DNA of 64,000 nucleotides from an uncultured Gammaproteobacteria bacterium (lineage in GTDB: Bacteria > Patescibacteriota > Microgenomatia > JAMCZE01), in NCBI GenBank assembly GCA_964641255.1, contig CAZXMM010000001.1, forward strand, positions 79,757 through 143,756, given 5' to 3'. Positions 9,343 to 19,310 of this stretch are shown here, one piece after another. A model generated the notes under the pieces. It did no database searches, was not told the origin of the DNA, and was given only the letters and a program-made list of their open reading frames with translations. The position numbers and the translations under genes are program-made. Position 1 is the first letter of the stretch, and every line of letters starts with the position of its first letter.

Positions 9343-11628
9343 ATGGAACCAAAGTACGATCCTAACAGTGTCGAGAGCAAGATCTACCAGATGTGGGAGA
9401 CGGGCGGCTATTTTAAACCCGCTATTAACCCCAAAAAGAAGCCCTTTACAATTGTCCTTCCTCCACCCAATGCCAGCGGCAAAATGCACACCGGTAATGT
9501 TTTGATGATTGCTATTGAAGATCTTTTAGTCCGTTACCACCGAATGAAAGGTGATCCCACCTTGTGGGTACCGGGAACCGACCACGCTGGAACAGAAACG
9601 CAAATTACCTTTGAGCGAGAATTAAAGAAGCAGGGTCACTCTCGTTTTGAATATGACCGAGAAACACTTTACCAAATGATTTGGGATTTCGTAATGCAAA
9701 ACAAAACGCTAATTGAAAGCCAGGTTAGACAAATGGGAGCTAGTGTTGATTGGAGTCGCTATACTTTTACCCTCGATGACAGGGTGGTAAAGACTGTACG
9801 CCAAACCTTTGCCAAGATGGCCGCGGAAAACCTCGTCTACCGCGATGACTACATTGTTAATTACTGCCCGATTTGTGGTACCACTTATGCTGATATCGAA
9901 GTGGAAATGAAAGAGCGAGTGGACTCTCTCTATTATATGAAGTATGGTCCCTTTACAATTGCGACGGTTAGACCAGAAAGTAAATTTAGAGATACCGCCC
10001 TCGCCGTGAATCCTAAAGACAAACGCTACAAGAACTACTTGGGTCAAACGCTGGAAATTATGGGACTGCTTGGACCAATCTCAATGACCGTTATTCCCGA
10101 TCCCGAAGTGGACCCAAAGTTTGGTACCGGCATTATGAAGGTAACCCCCGCTCATGATCCCCACGACTTCGAGCTAGGTAAAAAGTTTAATTTGCCAGTC
10201 ACTCCCATTATCGATCTCCAAGGGAGAATGGATTTTTCCTGGTATCTAAAGACCACCGGACAATCAGCAAAGTACCGAGCTCGGGCCGAAAATTACCACG
10301 GTAAAAAAGTGGTTGAGGCCAGAAAAATCATGGTTGAGGACCTAAAAGCCGACGGCCTGCTCATTAAAGTTGATGAAGCTTATACCCACTCGGTGCCAGT
10401 TTGTAAAGCGGGCCACGACATTGAACCAACTATTTTGCCTAACTGGTTTATCAGGGTTGAGAGCCTGAAAAAACCGGCCACCAAAGCGGTCACCAGGGGG
10501 AAAATAAAGATTTATCCGCCCTGGAGAAAAATTACTTACACTCGGTGGATGGAAAACATGCACGATTGGGCCATTAGTCGACAAAACGTCTGGGGAATTC
10601 GCATTCCGGCCTGGTATGATGTTTCCCAAAACCCCCAGATTACTGTGTCTTTCTTAAGTAAAACCCACGAAGTCGTATCAGGAACCCTTTCAGAACTGCT
10701 AAAAAACTACTCGTTTGAGGAAATTGAATCCGGTCTCCAAAAACTTATGGCACCAAAAGACGCCCGCCATATTATTAGTGAAAATAAACCAGCTGGTCAG
10801 TTTCTTCAATCCACCGATACTTTTGACACCTGGTTTTCATCCGGCCAGTGGCCGCTTGTAACTCTTGGTTACCCTAATTCTCTTGACTTTAAGTATTTCT
10901 ACCCCACTAGTGTTTTGGAGACAGGCTGGGAAATTCTCTCCCGCTGGGTCTCAAGAATGATCATGTTTGGCATCTATTTAACTGGCGATGTGCCCTTTAC
11001 CTCGGTCTATCTTCATGGACTAGTACGAGCTCTGGATGGACGAAAAATGAGTAAGAGTCTGGGGAACGTCATTAATCCTGATGACTACATCAGAGAATTC
11101 GGGGTTGATGCTCTCAGAATGGGACTGATTGCTGGTACCGCTAATGGTAGAGATTTTAATTTTCCTAAAGACAAAATCATTGCTTACCGCAACTTTGCTA
11201 ATAAGCTTTGGAACATTGGTCGTTTTATACTTTTGAGCTTTGAAAATAAAGACGTTCCATTTTATGAACCAGGGATGAGGGGACTCACCGCAAGTGACAA
11301 AGCTATTCTTAAACAGTTAAGTAGTACCATCAAAAAGGTCGGGGTCAGTCTCGAAAAATTTCGTTTCGCTCAAGCCGCAGAAATCATTTATCAATTTACC
11401 TGGCATGAATTTGCCGATAAATATTTAGAGGCTTCCAAAGAGCGGATCAGAAATGGTGACTTCGTTGTTCTATCAATTCTTCGCCATGTTTATCTAAGCT
11501 GTCTTACACTGCTTCATCCCTTTATGCCCTTTGTCACTGAGGAAATCTGGGGTAAGATGCCAACCAAAAGTAAGATCCCCCTAATCATTTCTTCTTGGCC
11601 GAATTTAAAACACTCTTTGGCGACATGA
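9343..11628 (+). CDS. valS: valyl-tRNA synthetase (class I aaRS), compact form lacking a long C-terminal coiled coil
   Basis: N-terminus follows the ValS pattern (Y-P-xx-VE-x-Y-x-WE-x-GYFKP ... PPPNASGKMHTGN ... GTDHAGTETQ). KMSKS is present (RKMSKSLGNVINP). 761 aa. Confidence 0.75.
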   Translation: MEPKYDPNSVESKIYQMWETGGYFKPAINPKKKPFTIVLPPPNASGKMHTGNVLMIAIEDLLVRYHRMKGDPTLWVPGTDHAGTETQITFERELKKQGHSRFEYDRETLYQMIWDFVMQNKTLIESQVRQMGASVDWSRYTFTLDDRVVKTVRQTFAKMAAENLVYRDDYIVNYCPICGTTYADIEVEMKERVDSLYYMKYGPFTIATVRPESKFRDTALAVNPKDKRYKNYLGQTLEIMGLLGPISMTVIPDPEVDPKFGTGIMKVTPAHDPHDFELGKKFNLPVTPIIDLQGRMDFSWYLKTTGQSAKYRARAENYHGKKVVEARKIMVEDLKADGLLIKVDEAYTHSVPVCKAGHDIEPTILPNWFIRVESLKKPATKAVTRGKIKIYPPWRKITYTRWMENMHDWAISRQNVWGIRIPAWYDVSQNPQITVSFLSKTHEVVSGTLSELLKNYSFEEIESGLQKLMAPKDARHIISENKPAGQFLQSTDTFDTWFSSGQWPLVTLGYPNSLDFKYFYPTSVLETGWEILSRWVSRMIMFGIYLTGDVPFTSVYLHGLVRALDGRKMSKSLGNVINPDDYIREFGVDALRMGLIAGTANGRDFNFPKDKIIAYRNFANKLWNIGRFILLSFENKDVPFYEPGMRGLTASDKAILKQLSSTIKKVGVSLEKFRFAQAAEIIYQFTWHEFADKYLEASKERIRNGDFVVLSILRHVYLSCLTLLHPFMPFVTEEIWGKMPTKSKIPLIISSWPNLKHSLAT

Positions 11629-11842
11629 AACTACACTGATCGAATTTTGGATTTATTCCACGACTCTTTTCGGGCCTTTACTTTATTGATAGCTAGGCAG
11701 AAAAATACGAAAAAAAGGTACATTATGTTTCCAAAACTTGGCAATAAAGGCGACGCTTAGGGGCTATCTCTTGGGTCGCTAGTTTCATGTAGACTAGCTA
11801 CTAAGACTGTTCGCAGCCCAATAAATCTACTACAATAATTGG

Positions 11843-12361
11843 GTGAATCTAGTTAAACTTTTGGCCACACTACGAAATTATCGGCAACTTTTTTTAGTCG
11901 GGTTGACACTAATCAGTGTACTAGTTTTAGTCTTGAATTTTTTGCAACCCTTTTCTTCCTTTGACTATCACCGCCAACAAGTTTTACTAACTCCCCACTC
12001 TCCCTTTGCTCACCTGGCTTTAGCTGAAGACTTTCAAAGCCACAATCAAACCAAACTGGCTAAGCTGGAGCTAGCCTTTATTACTAGCTTACCGCCCAGC
12101 GAGACCGCCCTACTAACCGATAGCCTTCTAAGGCTAAAGCGGCAGACAAAAGATAAAGATGGTTTGATCCAAAAACTTAAATCCCAAAGTTTGGTTTATG
12201 ACCACTATCCAAATTACCGTGACCTAGCCATGCAACATGCGCTCTGGTGGTGGCAACTTAAAAACAACCAGGAGGCGTTCCGTTTTTTTAGGCAAGCCGA
12301 GTCTTTAGATCCCAACAATTCAAGTGTGCAATCTCTGAAGCGGCTAATCACTTCGCAGTAG
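11843..12361 (+). CDS. hypothetical membrane-anchored protein (172 aa), possibly a TPR-like helical repeat
   Basis: One N-terminal TM helix. No motif recognised. Confidence 0.4.
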   Translation: MNLVKLLATLRNYRQLFLVGLTLISVLVLVLNFLQPFSSFDYHRQQVLLTPHSPFAHLALAEDFQSHNQTKLAKLELAFITSLPPSETALLTDSLLRLKRQTKDKDGLIQKLKSQSLVYDHYPNYRDLAMQHALWWWQLKNNQEAFRFFRQAESLDPNNSSVQSLKRLITSQ

Positions 12362-12363
12362 TT

Positions 12364-13056
12364 TTAGGTGGCTGACCCAGGAGTATCAGTAGTAGTTTCA
12401 CCTGGAGGAGGAGTCACAGTCGCGCCTTGCCCCTCTGTTACCGCCGCCGCCTCCTCGACTTTAGCCGCCTCTTCCTCTGCTAATTCCTTCTGGGTTTCCT
12501 GTGATACTGCGGAGGCAACTGAAAGAACCACCTCATCGGCTCCAGTTAGAATGGTAACCCCCACAGGCGCCGTTAGGTCACCAACAACAATGCGTTGGTC
12601 AACCATAGTCAGAGAAGAAGTATCGACAACGATCGCTTCTGGAAGGTTAGTGGGCAAAGCCTCCACCTCTATCTCATTTAGGGTTTGCAGAATAATGCCC
12701 ACACTACTAGTTACCGCAGGGGACTCCCCGACCAGCTGAAGAGGAACACTCGCCCGGATTTTTTCAGTTAAGCTAACGACTTGGAATTCAACGTGGAGTG
12801 GTAAACGGGTGGTGGGGTGATACTGAACGTGCTTAATTAAGGTCGGGTGTTTCTCGGTAGCGTAAGATAGCTCTATTAGTCCCGTGGCCCCGGCCCGCTT
12901 ATAAAGCGCCAAAAACTCTGCTAGGGATAAAGACAAAGAACTGGATTTGATTTCCCGACCGTACACACTGGCAGGCAAAAGTCCACTTGCCCGTTCTTTT
13001 TTAACCTTTTTCCCAGTAATAACTCTTATGCTGGCCTTTAGTGGGATCGCTTTCAT
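12364..13056 (-). CDS. rplY: 50S ribosomal protein L25 / general stress protein Ctc, with an acidic Ala/Thr-rich C-terminal tail
   Basis: MKAIPLKASIRVITGKKVKKERASGLLPASVYGRE ... HVEFQVV matches L25/Ctc. The stop is 2 nt from the stop of the convergent upstream ORF. Confidence 0.8.
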   Translation of the reverse strand: MKAIPLKASIRVITGKKVKKERASGLLPASVYGREIKSSSLSLSLAEFLALYKRAGATGLIELSYATEKHPTLIKHVQYHPTTRLPLHVEFQVVSLTEKIRASVPLQLVGESPAVTSSVGIILQTLNEIEVEALPTNLPEAIVVDTSSLTMVDQRIVVGDLTAPVGVTILTGADEVVLSVASAVSQETQKELAEEEAAKVEEAAAVTEGQGATVTPPPGETTTDTPGSAT

Positions 13057-13064
13057 AAGCTTAG

Positions 13065-15707
13065 TTACTTCCTTAAAAATTCTATTTCTAATATTTGGTC
13101 ACTACCAAGATCTGTATTATAGAGAACTCGCTGCGGGAAGACAAGCGCTCCCGCTACAATCCCAGTGGTGTCTCTCACTTTTCCAGCTCCGGCGATTTTC
13201 TTCCAATTTTGGGGGAACTCGACAGAAATATCGAGTGGGTCGGCACTCGTTCCCCCTTGCTTTAAAATTACCTGCCGGTAGGCGACACTCGCTTGTCTTT
13301 TAGTTATTGGCAGTGTCCACCGGTAAGTAAGTGTAATCTCTCGACTGCTTTTAATCGGAACTAGTACTAGCATGCCTACACTCAGATAAGAGTTGGTAGT
13401 TGATAGCGCTAGCGCCCCACTGGCCTCTACTGAAGTATGAACTAAAAATTTATCGGGTGGTACTTTGGCTAAAACATCTGCTGACAAAGTCGAAGAGATA
13501 GTCGCTGTTTTATCACCACTCATTGTTACCCCCGTTAGACGAGCCTTGGCTGGTAGCAAAAATCGCAGATAATTTTTATAATCGCCCGCTGGCCAGGCAA
13601 GAGATGGTGATTCGTTTTTCAAGTGGACCACGACCTTGGTCTCGGTGTCTCCACCCTCACCAATTGTAGTACTGACCCGCATTGCCCGTTTTACAAAATA
13701 ATTAGCTTTGTTGGCACCAAAATTAGCTTCCACTAGCATTAAACAGTTGGAGATGGCTGTACCACAAGAATGTCTGGTGATACTCCCCGACCAGCTGTTG
13801 GCTTCGACCCGCTCCTGGGCGGTACGATTATTGAAGAACAACATAATATGTTGTTCTCGTAGTCCCCGCTCTAGCGCTTGGGCAACTGCCAGATTGTTGA
13901 CTTTAGGGTCGTGAAGTAGGGTTTGGAGTAAGCTTTGTCCCACTGCTCCCAAATAATCACGTTTTTTGGTGGATCCCGGGAAAAAATTAATTTCTGAGGC
14001 GAACTCGGCTTTTTGAAAAAAATTTTCCGCTGTCACCTGATCGGCAAAATCCACCAGTGGTAGAGGTCCGGTTGCTCTAAGCAAATACTGAACCGCCTGA
14101 AGGTCGATCGCGATTACCCCATCCACCCTTTGTCCTGTTTCTTTTTCTAAAAAAAACTCCAATCGTTTAGCCGTTAGGGGAAAGTCTGGAGAAAAGTTTG
14201 CGTCTCTTAAAAACCAAGAGTTTTGTCCTAAAAAGTGAACAATCTCTGCCGGCGGGACCACTCGACCCTGAAGCTGACCATCGGCAGAATAGACATCATG
14301 GAAAACCAAATCTTTTACCACCCCCTCCTCTATTGTCAAAATAGCAAACGACCCAATAAATCCGCCGGTCGGTCTCAGCTCGGCACTGTTCTGAAAAACG
14401 AGCAAGTAGGTTCGACTTTGTTTAGTGGTCTTGAGATTGCCAGGGGACGAAATGGCTAGTAGTTCTGGTAAAACAGTTAAGATCCGGTCGGCAGAAATTA
14501 ATAATCCCCTAGCTCTAGCAATATCATCTGGGGCCCTAGTGACCAATTGAACCGGAAAACCAAGCCAGCTAAAAATACTACCCAGTGTTTGGATTTCGTT
14601 TGCTTTGAGCAAACCCTGGGCTAGTCCTAGTTCGTGATTAAGAGCCAGTAACTCTGGGTGTAAAGTCGCTACCTGCTGGGGTAACTCCTCCCGGTTATTT
14701 CCCGAAAAGATATCTCGAGCCAAATCAGTTACGTTCTTTTGCAGAATAGCCCCACGCTTAACTACTCCAGCTATCCGACTGCCCGACTCTCCAATCTCTA
14801 CAACTGGAGCTAAAATTGTTTGTCCCCATAGGCTAAGAGCCGAGACTTCCGTAGTGACAAACTTACCCCGAAGAAACACTCGTTCCGCCTCACCAGCTTG
14901 GTATGATGCTTGAAGAAATTCCCCCCGCCCTAAGGCGATCCGAGCCTGCAAAAGATGACTCACCCCACCACCATAAGCTAGCAGCGCCACTAAAAATGGA
15001 AGTACCAGAAAAAACACAGTCATTAGGAGCACCGCCCGCCAGCCAAGAACCAATCTGCGCCTGCCCCAATTGAAGCGATTTGGCTTTTGCTGACTAGCTC
15101 TAACGGACTTTTGACTTTTTTCCAAAGAAGCCATAACACTTTGGGTATTATGTAATCCTCGCAAGCGCAGGAAGGCTTCCCAACTTTCGGCCTGCTGACG
15201 ATTTCCTCCATAATGGTGCCCCGGACCCCCGCGAACCACAATAGTTTGTCTTTTCTTGGTCCACTGACCAAAACTAGCGTTGATACAGTCCTGTAAAAAG
15301 GCTTTGGGGGCGACAAGCACATTTTCGATTTCGCCAGCAAGGACCAGTGTCAAAACCTCGACCCGTTCGCCACTTGCCAACCTTAATAGTCGCTGCTCAA
15401 TTTCACTAGATAGACCGAGGCAGAGAAAAACAACCTTGGTTTTGCTACGCCTCGCTAGTGGCAAAACTTCTTGCCAAATTTTTGCTACCAAAGCGAGGCG
15501 ATCTTTAGGACTAACCAGCAGATAACAATAGTGGGGGGTCTCTAGAGCGTGCCATTTCTCGCTGGAATGCTCTAATAGTAGGGTACGTAACCCAGAAGCT
15601 TTTAGCTGTTCATTAAGATTGTGGGCTAGAACTCCCTGTCCAACAATTACCGCTAGGGGGTGCTTTTCATCGCGCTCAAAACGGATTGTTGGCTGGGCAG
15701 ACTGCAT
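13065..15707 (-). CDS. DUF4012 domain protein (880 aa): cytoplasmic N-domain, TM helix, large extracytoplasmic DUF4012 region
   Basis: YLLVFQNSAELRPTGGFIGSFAIL carries the hallmark ELRPTGGFIGS motif of DUF4012. One TM segment (LMTVFFLVLPFLVALLAYGG). Confidence 0.65.
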   Translation of the reverse strand: MQSAQPTIRFERDEKHPLAVIVGQGVLAHNLNEQLKASGLRTLLLEHSSEKWHALETPHYCYLLVSPKDRLALVAKIWQEVLPLARRSKTKVVFLCLGLSSEIEQRLLRLASGERVEVLTLVLAGEIENVLVAPKAFLQDCINASFGQWTKKRQTIVVRGGPGHHYGGNRQQAESWEAFLRLRGLHNTQSVMASLEKSQKSVRASQQKPNRFNWGRRRLVLGWRAVLLMTVFFLVLPFLVALLAYGGGVSHLLQARIALGRGEFLQASYQAGEAERVFLRGKFVTTEVSALSLWGQTILAPVVEIGESGSRIAGVVKRGAILQKNVTDLARDIFSGNNREELPQQVATLHPELLALNHELGLAQGLLKANEIQTLGSIFSWLGFPVQLVTRAPDDIARARGLLISADRILTVLPELLAISSPGNLKTTKQSRTYLLVFQNSAELRPTGGFIGSFAILTIEEGVVKDLVFHDVYSADGQLQGRVVPPAEIVHFLGQNSWFLRDANFSPDFPLTAKRLEFFLEKETGQRVDGVIAIDLQAVQYLLRATGPLPLVDFADQVTAENFFQKAEFASEINFFPGSTKKRDYLGAVGQSLLQTLLHDPKVNNLAVAQALERGLREQHIMLFFNNRTAQERVEANSWSGSITRHSCGTAISNCLMLVEANFGANKANYFVKRAMRVSTTIGEGGDTETKVVVHLKNESPSLAWPAGDYKNYLRFLLPAKARLTGVTMSGDKTATISSTLSADVLAKVPPDKFLVHTSVEASGALALSTTNSYLSVGMLVLVPIKSSREITLTYRWTLPITKRQASVAYRQVILKQGGTSADPLDISVEFPQNWKKIAGAGKVRDTTGIVAGALVFPQRVLYNTDLGSDQILEIEFLRK

Positions 15708-15740
15708 TCTTTTATTCTAACACCCACCATACAGACTTTA

Positions 15741-16181
15741 TTACTGGTAACTATCTAGTGTTTCGTTGACTAGTAGATCGGCCCGCTGGTTTTTCCCCCG
15801 TAATACATGGGAAAAAGAGTAGGAAGAAACGCTGCCGCTCACAACCAAGCTCTCAAGTCTGGCTTGTACTTGCCGCACTAGCTCTCGCAGTCGTGGTTCT
15901 TTCACTTTAAACACCCCACTAATTTGGTTAACCACTAGTAGGGAGTCAAGAAAAAACCTCAGGCTCGGTTTTCCTAACAATACCTGGACGGACAGCCAAT
16001 CAAGTGCTTTAATCACCGCGTAATATTCGGCCTCGTTGTTTGTGCCGATGCCTAAATATTTCCCGCATTTATACTGCAAATTTTCCGCGTGGTCGAAGAC
16101 CACAAAAGCGCAGGCCGCCGGGCCGGGATTACCCCTGGCCCCGCCGTCACAGTAGATGGTTAGGCTATTGGTCGTGGTCAT
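15741..16181 (-). CDS. rnhA: ribonuclease HI
   Basis: IYCDGGARGNPGPAACAFVV ... GIGTNNEAEYYAVIKAL gives the RNase H type-1 catalytic motifs (D, E..N). Confidence 0.8.
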   Translation of the reverse strand: MTTTNSLTIYCDGGARGNPGPAACAFVVFDHAENLQYKCGKYLGIGTNNEAEYYAVIKALDWLSVQVLLGKPSLRFFLDSLLVVNQISGVFKVKEPRLRELVRQVQARLESLVVSGSVSSYSFSHVLRGKNQRADLLVNETLDSYQ

Positions 16182-17484
16182 TAAAAACCTGGCCCCTTTT
16201 CGCTATAAACTCCCTAACTAAACTGACAAACTCCTTAGGACTGGGTAGAACGCTGCCCCCAACAAAACGGGAGACAACCGCTAGACTGAGGATAACAATT
16301 ACAGCTTCGGTAGTAAATGTTATTAGCGCGGCCCCAGCGTAAGAATACGAGGGAATCACTAAAAAGTTAAGGCTCACATTAAAAATCAGAGCGATAACCG
16401 CAATCGCGAATGAGTGCCACTGCTTACCTAGGGCGATAATAGTATAGCCATTTAGGTGGTTAAAGTAGGAAACCACTAGGGCCAGGGACAAAATTCGTAG
16501 GGGAGTAACGCTGGGGGCAAACTGACTACCCACCGTAATATAAATCGCTAGGGGAGAGAGCACAAAGTTAACAATTGCCACTCCAATACCCAAAAAGGTC
16601 AACACTACAAATGAACGCTTATAAAAATCTCGGACCCGGTGGGGCTCGGTATGGGCTAGGCGCGACAAGGTGGGCAACACCGCATTAGCAAAATAGGCCG
16701 CCCCCAAAACCAGTACTTCATAAATTCGGTAGGCCGCCCCATAATAACCCACTGCTTCTTGACCCTTATAAAGAGATAGAATCACCGTATCTACGCGATT
16801 ATAAATTGTAAATACAGCGAGGATCCCCCCCATTGGCAAAGCCTCGATAACTAACGCTCTGGTTGTCGAGTGAATTAGACTTGGCTTAAGAGCAATAATT
16901 CGTCGGGCAAGAATAGCAGCGACAGTAGCCGCCACAATGTCGCCAGCTAAAAAGGCGAGAATAATCGCCGGCAAACCAGCTTGCAAAAAAACTAGTGGGA
17001 CGAGAATAATTAGCACCGTGGCGTTAGCACTAATTTCTGAAATTGCAGAGTTATGCAGTTTCAAATGCACCTGGAAAACAATTTGGAAGGATGTTTTCAG
17101 CGATAGAGCGATGAGATAGAGCGAGGCCAGACTGGTGAGGAATTTAATCGGCCCACTGTAGGGGAGAAGGTGGATACTGATAATAGCGGCGGTAGCTGCC
17201 AGAGTGGCTAGCCCCAGTCGGATAACCAGCACGTTACCGATAATTTCCGCGGCTTTACCCAAATTCCGACTCGCCTCGCGAACCGTAATGAGGGTTAACC
17301 CCCAATCACCAACTGCCCCAAAGAGAGTTACAAATACCAGAACAAAGGTGTAGGTGCCCAAACCCTCTGGACCCAGGTACCGTCCCAAAATAGCGGAAAT
17401 GACTATCCCGAGTCCGGTAGTACCCACTTTACCTAGGAGTTGGGCAAGCGTGTTGAGAGCAATCTTGTTTGATAGACTAGCCAT
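16165..17484 (-). CDS. polysaccharide/oligosaccharide flippase (MOP superfamily, Wzx/MurJ-like)
   Basis: About 12 TM helices and 439 aa. N-terminal pattern is typical of Wzx-type exporters. Overlaps the rnhA start by 17 nt and the upstream ligase gene by 8 nt. Confidence 0.65.
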   Translation of the reverse strand: MASLSNKIALNTLAQLLGKVGTTGLGIVISAILGRYLGPEGLGTYTFVLVFVTLFGAVGDWGLTLITVREASRNLGKAAEIIGNVLVIRLGLATLAATAAIISIHLLPYSGPIKFLTSLASLYLIALSLKTSFQIVFQVHLKLHNSAISEISANATVLIILVPLVFLQAGLPAIILAFLAGDIVAATVAAILARRIIALKPSLIHSTTRALVIEALPMGGILAVFTIYNRVDTVILSLYKGQEAVGYYGAAYRIYEVLVLGAAYFANAVLPTLSRLAHTEPHRVRDFYKRSFVVLTFLGIGVAIVNFVLSPLAIYITVGSQFAPSVTPLRILSLALVVSYFNHLNGYTIIALGKQWHSFAIAVIALIFNVSLNFLVIPSYSYAGAALITFTTEAVIVILSLAVVSRFVGGSVLPSPKEFVSLVREFIAKRGQVFNDHDQ

Positions 17485-18769
17485 GCCCGTATTGTATCTT
17501 TTTGGATTGGCGGTAGGCTAGGCCTAAGACAAGAGCCAAGAGAAGCTGTGCCTGCTGAATGGTTAAAAAATAGTGATCATTTAGACCCAGCACTAGAATT
17601 ACCCCGAGGCTACAAAGAATGGGCACGCGGGTAGGAGAGACCAGTACGGTTTTAACCCCCCAGTGCACCACTATTAAAAACGCCGCCAGCCCCACGAGCC
17701 CTATTTCCGAGACCAGCAAAAAATAAATATTATGCACGGGCTGATAAAAGAGGGCCAGATTAGCAATTTTAGCGGAAGATTGGGCTGTGATAAGAGGAGC
17801 TGTGCCGAGTCCGTGTCCCCATACTGGAGCTGCTACGATTGCCTGGCTACTGGTAGCTAGCAAACTGGCTCGAATGGTCCAGGCCTCGCTATCCTGCAAA
17901 GGGGAAATGGACAAAAGACTAAAAGCCCCCACGGTAAGAAAAAAACCCGGTACTAGCCAAACGAGGTGACGCTTTTTTTGTTTTAGAGCCACAATGGTGA
18001 GTAGTAGACCAACTGTACCTACCAATATGGCAGTACGGGAAAAAGACATACAGAGCGTACCAAAAGCGCAAACAAGAGCAAGAGTGATGATTTTTCCTCG
18101 TGCGGCAATATTGCGGGAATTATGCAAGAATTCGTATAGAAAGAAGGGAAGAAGACACGCAATAAAGCCCCCCAGCACATTAGGGTGGGGGAATAGCCCG
18201 TAAGGACGCAGGATTAAAGCACCACTAGAGAGGGTAGTATTGGCAATGCCGAGAGTGGCAGCGCTAAAAGTTCTCTCACCCAGAAAATACCATAGCCCAC
18301 CCACAGAAGCTTGACGGAAAAACTGTAACATCGTAAGAGTTGATAACACCATGATGGGAATAGCTAAAAGAAACGTAAGTTTTGATAAAGTAAAGAAATC
18401 GGGAAGTCGTTTGGCTACAAAATAACCAAACCACATTAGTTCCCCAGCTTTGATCCACTTATACAAAGACACCATAGGGGAGAGGGAGGTTAAAATATTA
18501 ATGGCGATAAATCCCCCTACTATTAATAGTGGGGTAACAACTCTAGCCTTCCCTAGGTATCGGGGGAAGTACCCCTTACTTCGGATAATTTCTGCAGTCA
18601 CCAGACAAAGAATAAGAGCGTCAGTAACAAAGAGGGTAGGAGCAAAGTAGTCAACCCTAACTCCACCAATGTAAGCCCATTGTGGCCAAAAGTGTAGCCC
18701 TGCTTGAGTGGGGAGAAGAAGGACAAGAGCGACTAAAACGAACGACTCGATTTTTTTAATCCTGTTCAC
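17477..18769 (-). CDS. O-antigen ligase/polymerase family membrane protein (Wzy_C-like)
   Basis: Polytopic membrane protein with RPYGLFPHPNVLGGF ... SRTAIL ... GHGLGT ... HNIYFLLVSEIGLVG, characteristic of the O-antigen ligase domain. Confidence 0.6.
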   Translation of the reverse strand: MNRIKKIESFVLVALVLLLPTQAGLHFWPQWAYIGGVRVDYFAPTLFVTDALILCLVTAEIIRSKGYFPRYLGKARVVTPLLIVGGFIAINILTSLSPMVSLYKWIKAGELMWFGYFVAKRLPDFFTLSKLTFLLAIPIMVLSTLTMLQFFRQASVGGLWYFLGERTFSAATLGIANTTLSSGALILRPYGLFPHPNVLGGFIACLLPFFLYEFLHNSRNIAARGKIITLALVCAFGTLCMSFSRTAILVGTVGLLLTIVALKQKKRHLVWLVPGFFLTVGAFSLLSISPLQDSEAWTIRASLLATSSQAIVAAPVWGHGLGTAPLITAQSSAKIANLALFYQPVHNIYFLLVSEIGLVGLAAFLIVVHWGVKTVLVSPTRVPILCSLGVILVLGLNDHYFLTIQQAQLLLALVLGLAYRQSKKIQYGHG

Positions 18770-18781
18770 GCCCTAATACTA

Positions 18782-19297
18782 CTACACCGGCTGCACCTTT
18801 GGTTTGACAACCACTCGCCGTTGCCGACCCTCACCCTCTGATTCCGTCATTACGTCACTTCGGGCCTCAAGGGCCAAATGGATAATCCGCCGTTCCACTG
18901 GAGGTAGAAAGGGGAGATAGACCGGCTGACCAGTGGACAGCGCCTGCCGGGCGTAGCCCTCGGCCATAGCCTGCAACTGTTCTTGGCGACGAGCACGATA
19001 GTCGCCCACCTCGACTAGGAGCCTGGCCCACTCGCCAGATTGCCTAAAGACAAGTAGCCCAAGAATCATTTGGAAGGAGGACAGGGTCTCTCCGTGGTAC
19101 CCAATAAGTAGTCCAGATTCATCAGTATGGACCACAACTTGATAGATTCCGTCTTCCGAAAGTTCCACAGTAACAGCGGCAGGGATTTCTAAATTGTGGA
19201 GTAGTTGCTCAGCAGAACTCTTTACGACTTCAGAAATATCTTCTTTAGCCTGAGTGATTGTTTTAGTAGTTTTGGTAGTTTTGGTAGCTTTTGGCAT
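18782..19297 (-). CDS. jag: Jag/KhpB-type RNA-binding protein (KH plus R3H domains)
   Basis: R3H motif RRIIHLAL. Sits immediately downstream of yidC, as in the conserved rnpA-yidC-jag arrangement. Confidence 0.75.
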   Translation of the reverse strand: MPKATKTTKTTKTITQAKEDISEVVKSSAEQLLHNLEIPAAVTVELSEDGIYQVVVHTDESGLLIGYHGETLSSFQMILGLLVFRQSGEWARLLVEVGDYRARRQEQLQAMAEGYARQALSTGQPVYLPFLPPVERRIIHLALEARSDVMTESEGEGRQRRVVVKPKVQPV

Positions 19298-19310
19298 ACG
19301 CTTTTTGGAT

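Noticed and set aside
9270-9380. ORF-track start at 9380 for the beta-helix protein, and at 54485 for obg
   Set aside because: Internal ATGs sit immediately before a canonical signal peptide (9267) and the conserved Obg N-terminus MLVDEVTI (54398). The longer forms add non-conserved leaders and overlap divergent promoters.
12368-12739. 123-aa plus-strand ORF antisense to rplY
   Set aside because: It lies antisense to the conserved L25 coding frame and has a low-complexity Ser/Thr/Ala-rich translation, so it is a shadow ORF.
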